The notes under the pieces: generated by a model
Told to the model about the DNA's origin: nothing
The model's input: the letters and a program-made list of their open reading frames with translations, nothing else
Database searches by the model: none
NCBI RefSeq assembly: GCF_001194135.2
Contig: NC_069000.1
Coordinates: 9,698,901 to 9,762,900, forward strand
Source: Octopus bimaculoides
Lineage: Eukaryota
Direction of reading: 5' to 3'
Length of the DNA stretch: 64,000 bases
Translations under genes and position numbers: made by a program
Part shown: positions 54,273 to 64,000 of the stretch, piece after piece
Numbering within the stretch: position 1 is the stretch's first letter
Layout of the letters: each line of letters starts with the position of its first letter

Positions 54273-56945
54273 CTGGGATAGACAACAAGGAGGATATGTT
54301 AACAATACAGACATAAAGTGTTCACTAGAATTGATGATTCAAACACAATTAGATTCTAGTTTCTCCCTAATCTCTTACATTAATGCTGTTATATTCTAAA
54401 CTGAGGAGCTGTGTTTTGTGTTCATGTCAAACTGTATCAGCTTATTCTGACTTTATTATTAATGAATAGGCATTGTGAAATGATAAATGGTATCTCTAGT
54501 AATGATTTCTCTATTAAAAACAAATGTGTGTATCAAATTTCCTGAATTAGCCAGTTTTTATCAGGTATAGAGGACTCAGAGACCTTCTCTTGGAAAATTC
54601 TCGGTACCAGCCACATATGTATGAACGTTATTTGCCACAAATAACGTACATACATATGCCCATCATCATCATCAAGATCATCATCATCACCACCACCACC
54701 ACCACCACCACCACCACCAATCCCTATGTCCAGACATTTTTTTTTTCACAGAAGAGTAGAGACAAACATCGCTTGTATGATGGTGATGCTTATTTACAAC
54801 TATCACACATACACATACACACACACACACACNNNNNNNNNNGCACACACATACATAAGCACACACATACATACATACATACATAAGCACACACACACAC
54901 ACACATACACATGCACACACACACACACACACACATACATACATACATAAGCACACACATACATAAGCACACACATACATACATACATACATAAGCACAC
55001 ACACACACACACATACACATGCACACACACACACACACACACATACATACATACATAAGCACACACATACATAAGCACACACATACATACATATATACAA
55101 TGGGATTCTTTCAGTTTCAGTCTCCCAAATCCACTCACAAGGCATTGACCAGCCTGGGGTTAAAGCAGAAGACACTTGTTCAAGATACCACACGATAAGA
55201 CTGAAGCCAAATATCTCAAACAATAAGGGCTAACAGTTAAATATTAAAATTTAGGTACAACAGCAGTGGGACCTTTGTAAAATTAATAAAGTGCAGCATC
55301 TTACCAATGGTTAATTAACCATGTACAACAGTACATGTTTGTTGTTGTTGTTGTTTTTTTGTTATTGTTTTTGTTGTTGTTGTTGTTGTTGTTATTTAGC
55401 CTAAGGTCAGTCAACTCTGATCAAGCAGATATAAGATCAACATAAGGTATTGCAGGCATAAAATTAACACCTCATTCACAAAAGCATTGCATTGATAGAC
55501 ACACACAAAAGATAAGACTATGTGAGAAAAAATCATTTATTAGCTTTAAATTATGCATTGAATAATAAATAAGATTTCTTAATAGAATGTCTATGACATC
55601 CCAAAAGTCAACAACGAACAATACTCTCCATAATTCCACCTATATGAACGGTTAGCCACAAGGACATTTAGTTGCATTAATTAATTGCTGTTTTCATTTT
55701 TTAAAAATTTTACAATGCTATTAGCATTAAACACTCAAGTTCTGTATTTATATAAACGATAGCTGGCCATAGATATGTGATTTGGCCAAAATGTGAACAG
55801 TTGTTTCCTGGCTGAAATGTGAACAGTTATTTCCTGATCCCAATACTCTTCTGTGACTATGACCTACATACTTTAAATTATGATGATTCTGAAGCAGCTA
55901 GCTATATATGTAAATAGATACAATACATAGATAAATGAAACAGAATATAATTAACTTTGTAGCATGGAGCTGGAATTCTAGCAAGATTGTAGGGCTAAAG
56001 TAAGTAATTTTCTAGTAAATCTAATAAATATTCCAATAAATCTCCTAAACTCAATAGAATTTATTATCCATTTGTGAAGAATTCATCTGACTAGAGAATA
56101 AATATTGATTGATGCTGTTGTAACTGTGACAATCCCCTACAACAATGCATGTCTACAAACAGAAGCATGAGTGACACAGCTAGCTTGGACACCTAATTCA
56201 GCTGATTAAATATTTGGAACAAATTAGATATTGTCACTACAACCAATTCCACAAGCTATTCAACTTGACATGTAATTTCATTATGGTCATTTTGTCCATT
56301 TCTTTGTTTTACTGTTCATGTTATAAACATGATGATGCAACCTGTATATCTTATTAACTGAAGACTAATTAAGTTGTGCTTTAAATGGAAAACCTCACCT
56401 GAAAGTACAAGGTGAAATGTACAGGATCTGCCATTCTCAATATTAAAAATTCAGAAGTAAATTGGTCGTGGAACACTATAACATTACACCACATTAGCAA
56501 AATGCTTTGACTGTGATTGCAATGATGTTGGGGTTCACAATATAAACCCTCTGTTGAAGAATTTGGATATTTTCACTGCTAATTCAATTGGTATCAAACA
56601 GAAAGTGTAGTAAAGTTAGCCCCTACCACATTAATTAAAAAAATTGTTTTACTGGTGTTCCACACATGAACATTTTTAATCAGAATAATTATTCATTATT
56701 GCTAGCTTAGTAACTTCCAAGCCTTGTTCACATTTTCTTTAAAACATACCTGGCTTGATTAAGATGCAAAAGAAAAAATAAAAGAATAAAAAAAGCAAGC
56801 TCTCAAAGTAATATATAATAACAGAACAGAATGCTTTGAAAGTGTGGGTGCTAAGCAGTAATGTGGAATTATCTTGTGCAAAAAATAGGACAATGCCAAT
56901 ATGGGAACATTTTGAATGTTTCATTGCAAGTGTGACGTTACTAAT

Positions 56946-57479
56946 CTATAACAGAATAGATCTATTCTTTCCAAAGCTCATTCCTGATTGGTTCGCCCCA
57001 GTAGTAAAGCCATATTGGAGATTGATGGTACGTTTGCCTTCATCAGTGATTTCATCTGACTTGATGTCATTCACATGGCGGACTGCTCCAAAGCTCATAC
57101 CCTTTTGGGTAGCGAATTTATTTGAACCACTCTGTAAGCCGACATGTCCTTGTGAGTCCTGTATAAAGTCATCACAACGGATATCTGCGACGTGGCGAAC
57201 TCCCCCAATGACAATTCCCTTTTGAGTGGCAAATTTGTTGGTGCCACTTTGTAGATTAATGTCTTTGGAACTTTCTGGATCGTACTTGTCACAGCGGATG
57301 TCTGCAACATGGCGGACTCCTCCCATCACCATTCCTTTCTGTGTAGCATATTTGTTGGTTCCAGCCTGAAGTCCAATGATTCCTTCACCAGCACGCATTA
57401 CTTCAGGATCGAAACGAACTTCACGGGATTCATGAGGCTTTGGACCACATTGTGAGCCACTGAAATTGTGTCTTTGTGC
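56946..57479 (-). CDS. Calponin/transgelin-family terminal exon C (proximal), 177 aa, 4 calponin (CLIK) repeats
   Basis: Acceptor ttgttgtctatcccag|GCA. Translation AQRHNFSGSQCGPKPHESRE...IIGLQAGTNKYATQKGM..., INLQSGTNKFATQKG..., VGLQSGSNKFATQKGM..., INLQYGFTTGANQSGM..., ending TAG. Upstream CH-domain exons were not found in the window. Confidence 0.9.
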   Translation of the reverse strand, partial: AQRHNFSGSQCGPKPHESREVRFDPEVMRAGEGIIGLQAGTNKYATQKGMVMGGVRHVADIRCDKYDPESSKDINLQSGTNKFATQKGIVIGGVRHVADIRCDDFIQDSQGHVGLQSGSNKFATQKGMSFGAVRHVNDIKSDEITDEGKRTINLQYGFTTGANQSGMSFGKNRSILL

Positions 57480-57656
57480 CTGGGATAGACAACAAGAGCA
57501 ATAATTAACAAAACAAACAAAAAAAAAATAGATAATTACTTAAGAATGGTTTTGGTTTAACAATTAACCAATAGAAATTAACCACTTTGACTAATATTAT
57601 AGTAATATTGTTTTTCAGCATTATTGGGCGTTATATATTTATGTACATATATATGT

Positions 57657-57778
<122 letters not shown>

Positions 57779-57916
57779 TATGTAAATTAAATACATCTGT
57801 ATTTTAGTCTTAATTTGCTTGAGAAGATTATAATTGTTCTAATTTTATTGTGGATTTTCATCCAACTCTTGTTTTGGCGCACACACACACACAACACACA
57901 CACAAATACACACACA

Positions 57917-57949
<33 letters not shown>

Positions 57950-59387
57950 ACACACACGCACACACTCTCACACATGCACACATACACACACACACACAAA
58001 CACACACACAATATGTGTACACACATATTATTATTAACCTAATGGTTTCACACCAGGGATGAAGACGCAAACCTTACCATCTAGTATTATGTTAATAATA
58101 ATAATGATGATGATGATGATGATGATGCTGACGACGACGACGACGATGATAATGCAATACCAGGCAGTGACTCTCGTGGCTTTTGATCTTAACTAATTGG
58201 GAGTGTTAACATATACATGATTTGTCTTGGTGTAAAAGATGGCAACGTGGAGAAAGGATGTGAGATGATGATAATGATGATGATGATCATTATGATTAGA
58301 ATGCTTTTGATCATAGATCTAGCTGGTCAGGATTACCCTAGGGTTAAACAACAGCAATAACAACAAAATGCTGCGGATTGGCTTGGAGTATAACAGGACT
58401 TGCCTCTCCATGAGGGTTGATGCCAAAATAAGAATTACAAAATTAAAAAAAAATATTGGTTTCTAGCTTGGACACAGGGTTACCAATTTTGGACTGGACA
58501 CCGTTAATTAATTGGTAATTGACTTCGTCATAGTACATCATTGGCACTTCGGTTTATTGAGTGTAGAAAGTGAAAGGCTTGAAATGGTATGCAGATTTCT
58601 CTCAAATCACATCTGGCCTTTTTAAAATAAAAGGAAGGACATGATCTACAGATAATATTTTCCAAGGGTAAAAAGCAAAGTTGACCTTAATAAGATCTGA
58701 ACTCATAGCACAGGGAGCTGGAACAAATACCACAGGACATTTGGTTCAGATACTCTAATGACACTGTTAATTCTTCTATGAGGAAACAATGTATAATTGA
58801 TGGGCCTGATAAATGTTTGAGGATCTTTGAATTATTCTGGAGTATGAATTAACTCCCTTGAACCACAAGCAGAGTCTCTGCTTGGTTATTTGACCTCTTA
58901 GAAACAACAGCCAGATAGTCCTCAAATCTCACCTTAATGTTACAAAAAAAAAAAAAGAGAAGAAAAGCAGATAGGCTACAGTGATTATAGATGTACTGCA
59001 GCTGAAAAGAAAAAGGGAATGGTCTCAATTGCATTACCTTTCGATCATAGGTTTGTTTGATCAGAGTTGACCTGACCTGGGGCTAAAAACAAGAACAAAA
59101 ACAAAAATAACAAAAGCAAAACAGCAACAGCATCAGTAGAAGCAACTACAACATTAAGAAAAACAAAACAACTACAGCAGCAGTAGCAGCAGCAATAACA
59201 ACAACAATAACGACAACAGCAACAATGATGAAACAATTTGTTTTAATAATTTTGGGTTATTCGTTCGATAAACTGAAAAAGATGGATATCCGTCGTTAAA
59301 TGTTCTACAGAAGTCCTGGGCTGACCAATGCCTTTTGAGTAGAATTCGTAGAAGAAAATTATATATGGAAGACCATCATATATACAA

Positions 59388-59600
59388 GGCAATGAGCTGG
59401 CAGAAATGTTAGCACACCGAGCGAAATGCTTAGCGGTATTTTGTCTGCTATTACGTTCTGAGTTCAAATTCCCCTGAGGTCGACTTTGCCTTTCATCCTT
59501 TCAGGGTTGATTAATTAAGTACCAATTATGTACTGGGGTCGATGTAATCGACTTAATTCCTTAGTCTGTCCTTGTTTGTCCCCTCTGTGTTTAGCCCCAT
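59388..59600 (+). mobile_element. tRNA-derived SINE family B, representative copy
   Basis: GAGCTGGCAGAA...GTTCTGAGTTCAAATTCC (B-box-like)...GTCGACTTTGCCTTTCATCC...AAGTACCA. Further copies at about 14620-14790(-), 17425-17550, 17560-17680(-), 20690-20835(-), 24846-25055, 26985-27200, 27770-27960, 32885-33100, 38085-38295(-) and 46945-47150. Confidence 0.8.
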
Positions 59601-59653
59601 GTGGGCAATAAAGACATATATATATATATTTGGAAGCCCATCATATATATACA

Positions 59654-59689
<36 letters not shown>

Positions 59690-59829
59690 GGTGCAGGAGT
59701 GGCTGTGTGGAAAGAAGCTTGCCTCGCAACTACATGGTTCCAGGGCAAGTGTCAGTTTTCTACTATAGCCTTGGGCTGACCAAAGCCTTGTGAGTAGATT
59801 TGGTAGACAGAAACTGAAAGAAGCCCATC

Positions 59830-59876
<47 letters not shown>

Positions 59877-60103
59877 CGCATGTGTATTTGAAAAAAGCTG
59901 TATAAAAATGTCATTCGTTTTTTGGATTGTCATTCATTTTTGGATTGAAATTTGTACTATAATTGATTTCATATAAATTGATTAAATGTACAGAACTATC
60001 ACATCTAAGAACCCTAAGACACTTGTACACATGTCAGAATTTTAATATGCTGAAAAAAATTTTAATTAAAGATGTATAATTCTCCATTCTTTATTATGTC
60101 TTT

Positions 60104-60134
<31 letters not shown>

Positions 60135-60719
60135 CATACTATTAAAAGTGGAATTCTGTCTGTATGTCTGGGATCCCTGTATCTCAGTCTACATTTGCTC
60201 TACATAGACATATTTTACCTTTTTGGAATCAAGATGATCTTGGGATTGAAACTCTGCCCTTCATTTGGTTCTTCAACATCCAGCATTGGGATCTGATTTA
60301 AAAGCATTTGGGTTGCTATTTCTTGCAGGTAAAGCTTTGCTGATTCACACCATCTTAGTTGGCATTTGTCAGATGACGTCAGAGACCAAGGGGACAATAA
60401 GTGATATTTACTTCATTAACTTTACTCGAGATAAGAACTTTGGGACAAATTGGCCAACAGTTGGAATTCAAATTGGGACTGGAACACTAGAATGGTTGCA
60501 TTACAGAATTAATTCTCATCAGTCCTTAACCTCTGATCAAACACCACTGGGGTATATAGTCATTATTGATGCATGATAGTCATGCTATTTAGCTCACTTT
60601 AGTTTGATCTGCAGACCCAATTAGCCCTCCACAGGAGCTAACTTAAAGGTCCCCACAGAGTGTGGCTTTTAAGCTAGTATATGAATATATATATATTTAC
60701 ATTTAGACTGGTGGGGGTT

Positions 60720-61787
60720 CCACATATGGTATGGAACCTGGAAAATGCAGAATGCATCAGACAAGCTTTGATATGGAGTCTGAATCTCTCTGCTTGGAGG
60801 CATTCAACTGAACTTGGCATTGATAATTTATCTGTAAGGTATATTTTGCATGAAGACCTGCATTTCCACCCGTACAAATTGGTCGTTAGGAAACAGTTGA
60901 AATCATGGGACTATGCACAGCAGCTTAACTTCGCATGTCAGATGGAAGCAATTTTTGAGACAAATGACAACCTCGTTTTGCTAATGAGTGATGAAGCTCA
61001 TTTTCATCTCAGTGGCATGGTGAATCAACAGAACTGTTGTTATTGGGCTCTTGAAAATCTGAGAGAATTGCATGAAAGACCACTGCACAGCCCCAAAGTG
61101 ATAATCTGGTGCACTGTTGGAAAAGCTGCTGTCATTGGATTTTCCTTTTTTGAAGACAATAATGGAAATGCTGCTACTGTGAACTCTGAGTGTTACATTG
61201 AGATGATAAACAACTTCTTTTTGTCTGAATTACTACGAAAATGTATACCTATTTGATGTGTGTGGTTTCAGCTGGATGAGGCGATGGCCCACACAGCCAG
61301 AACATCAATGGATACCCTTCTCCCTCTCTTCAGTAACTGCCTCATTTCCAAGTTTTCTGATATTCCTTGGCCCCCTCGGTCCCCTGATTTTTTCCATGTG
61401 TGATTATTTCTTGTGGGGAAACCTCAAGGCACATGTGAATGTCCGTAAGCCCATACATTGGGTGATTTAAAGGAAGCCATTCATGTGGAAGTCACCCAAA
61501 TTGACAGAGCAATGCTGGAGAGAGTGGACACCAACTCCCAAGGATGCCTTCAGAAATGCATCAATGAAAAATGGACACCACATGACAGACATTGTTTTGA
61601 CACTTAATTTTGACAAATGCTACTGTCATTGGCTCTTACTTTTTTGAAGACAATAATGGAAATGCTGTTACTGTGAATTCTGAGTGTTACATATGAACAC
61701 ATTGACGTCAATAAAATTTGTTTGCAACTAAAATTAATGATTTGGGGAATTTTTCAAAAACGTCAGTCCTCTCTGCCCCACCCTGTA
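60720..61787 (+). mobile_element. Degenerate Tc1/mariner transposon, DD41D (rosa/Visitor-like), 5'-truncated
   Basis: Translation includes HFHPYK, MSDEAHFHLSGMVNQQNC, HERPLHSPKV, WFQLD, WPPRSPD and CDYFLWGNLK. There are 41 residues between the 2nd and 3rd Asp after correcting a frameshift near 61390. A premature stop lies at 61254. The right end is ...CCACCCTG|TA. Confidence 0.88.
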
Positions 61788-62469
61788 TTTTAATGTGAAG
61801 TTAGTTGGCAGTCTGTCTGGCTATTGGCCAAACAACCAATGATCAGTACCATCAATATCCTTGGTCAAGACATGGCCCAGTCCACTGGGCCATTATTGGC
61901 TTCCATGAGATAAATATTCTGAGGTACACTGATGTGTAGGAAAGTGTCTAATGAAGAAATGAGTTATCAGTGCACAACACTCAATTCAAGATTTTCTGTG
62001 GTTCTAAAGAAAATATCAGGAAACTGGTCCAATATTAAGCTTCAAACCAGAATATATTACAATTCCTGTGATTATAACAGAACTTGAATTTTTCCTGACA
62101 CAATGTATTCAAAACTACATAATTCAAAGTACCCTTCCTTTTAAAAGACAATAGGAGATGATTTTGAAGAGATTTTACTTCAATTTCTAAACTAGTGAGT
62201 TGATATGACACAATTTTTAATAAAAATTTATTGAATGTCATTTTGTGTTCTTTAGTTTGTTTCAGCTGGGACACTGTATAGACAAGTTTAATATGGAGTA
62301 GATGGCTATTCAGATAGTAAACCATTTGGTTCTAGTTAGATCTGATTTAAACAGTTTAGGTAAAGACCTTGTATGGGGAGCAGATTTATGTAATTATCTA
62401 TTTTTTTTAGCAGTTTGGTCTGGAAGAAGGGATTGTGCCCTTGACTTTTGTGGGTCCTTTGAGATCAGT

Positions 62470-63000
62470 TTCATTGATTCAAAGGCTGATATTTTTGAAC
62501 TACTTCAAGTTATAGATGGCCGAAAAAACATGAGCTGAAAGGGGATTCCAGAGGACGTTTGTTCAGAGAAGATAGGAATGGACGTAGTGATTAGTTCAAG
62601 AACTGGAGAGATAGAAGTGAACACAATATGGGATAGTGAGAGGAGGGATGAGTGATTTGGGAGCGCCTTAGGGGAGGTGTTACAAGATGATTAAATTCTG
62701 AGGAACACAAGTCACTGTAGTAGCAGTAGAAAAGGCAGAATGAGGATACAGCATGTCAGTTAGCCAGAGGCAGGAATACATTGATGAATGTCTTCATGTC
62801 AATCAATTGGTCGTATTTTTATACTCTTTGGTGTGTCTTGCTAGGGTAAGGGTGAGGGGGTGGTCTCCCTGGGCTAGCGGTGCTTTCAAGGGAACACTAC
62901 TTTACGGGGGAACTACTGTACATTATATAATATTTTTCTGTTGGGGTGGTGGTGCTGGGGAAGAATTATGTGGGGAGAAAACTCAAGAGCAGTTGCCCAG
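62470..63000 (-). mobile_element. Heavily decayed LINE (CR1/L2-like) 3' fragment
   Basis: Minus-strand remnants such as VSSFCLFYCYYSDLCSSEFNHLVTPP and PFLSSLNKRPLE, interrupted by stops. Confidence 0.5.
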
Positions 63001-64000
63001 GGTGGCACACATTCTGCTGATGTCTGTATATATAACAGTAGTATTGTCACTGTCTCAGATTGAAGAATAAAGACAACCTAGTTTGAAGAATAGTATACTT
63101 GGTTAAAAATATCTCCCTAACAGCTTTTGACATGGATTACACTTAGCCAGAGATAGCACTTGATCTTGGAGAGAAGTAAACTTCTATTTTTGTTTTTGTT
63201 TGTTTCAAGATTTGTTCACTGTTCATTTCCTGTGTATATTCCATGTAGTGTTGATGCAGTTTTGATAACTTTTTCTGATGAGTTGCAGTGCACCTGTGCA
63301 CTGTATACAATAAATACATTATTATAAATGAAAGGAGACAAGAGTTATACTTCAGTGTTCAGATGATTCCTTACCTGCTGTTTAGCTCTTAAGATTTTGG
63401 CTTAAATAGCATGATTGGGAGTGTAGATTTTTTTTTTTTTTTTTACAACTGTTGCCAAAACTGATTTAAGGACCTGTAGACAATTAAAGTACAGTGGTTG
63501 CTGGATATGACAATTGTGAACCTTAAACAGTATTGTTGTTTACATAACCCCCTCCCTTAAATATTTTTTAGAACTTATATGATGAATGAATTTTGAAGTA
63601 ACTCATAGTGATGCTGTAATACATTATTATTTAGTTAGCAGGTGTAGCAGGGATCAAATTCACTGTGCTGTTTGGCAGCAAAGTTTTGAAACAAAGGCAG
63701 TGAGTTAGTTACACACCTGAAGCATAACAGGGAAGCTGGCAATTTCTATTTGTTTCTTCCAGTTTCTTTTTTTTTTTTTTATAAATTGACGTAGCTGATA
63801 TTTTTTTATCAAATGAAATTAAGTGAGATGAAAATATGAACAAAAAAAGATTTTAAACTGAAGTTCAGTGAAGAAAGAAAAAAAATTACACCTCCCCCGC
63901 CTCTAAACTGAAATTGATTTACCAGTTCAAATTTGGTATTTAATTTTACATTCTAAAGAAATTGAATTTTAATTTCAGTTTATAAAATCTTTTTGGTGCC

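Noticed and set aside
53856-54314. Calponin-repeat ORFs as three independent intronless genes (ORF-track starts at 54314, 50875 and 57398)
   Set aside because: The apparent N-termini (MSVLLTYPPCCLSQ, MLTYPPCCLPQ) are translated branch-point and pyrimidine-tract sequence. Homology among the three copies and to calponins starts exactly after the AG acceptor.
54790-55138. Cys/Val-rich ORFs and higher-order repeat
   Set aside because: These are translations of (CA)n/(CATA)n microsatellite next to a gap. The same applies to the YI-, HT-, NNN- and SL-repeat ORFs throughout the track.
58078-58080. Possible 3-nt microexon (tag|ATG|gtaagg, minus strand) upstream of the calponin terminal exons
   Set aside because: The acceptor lies in an AAT-type microsatellite edge with a weak pyrimidine tract; a chance match is likely.
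60215-60576. Overlapping ORFs on both strands
   Set aside because: No recognisable domain, no CH-domain motifs and no supporting splice sites.

Overview
AT-rich, microsatellite- and SINE-rich animal genomic DNA with seven N-gaps. The repeat families and small-exon structure resemble a coleoid cephalopod such as Octopus (inference from recalled repeat families, not verified). Five spliced genes were reconstructed by hand, in strictly alternating orientation: a GH1 beta-glucosidase (-, runs off the left end), SIRT5 (+, complete, 9 exons, 315 aa), IMPACT (-, complete, 11 exons, 307 aa), a copine (+, 14 coding exons, Pro-rich tail lost in a gap) and the 3' end of a calponin/transgelin-family gene (-). 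The main finding is that the calponin gene ends in three tandem paralogous terminal exons with the same phase-0 splice acceptor, encoding 4, 3 and 2 calponin (CLIK) repeats, with no CH-domain exons seen between them. This looks like a mutually exclusive last-exon switch that sets actin-binding repeat number. Other notable items: an inverted copy of IMPACT exon 6 inside IMPACT intron 4, a DDGE-to-DDRE change in IMPACT, a possible poison-exon or isoform switch at the SIRT5 transit-peptide exon, a Mutator-like MITE with a telomeric-repeat core, and a 325-bp palindrome with flip/flop inner hairpins. Most entries in the supplied ORF track are microsatellite or gap artefacts.
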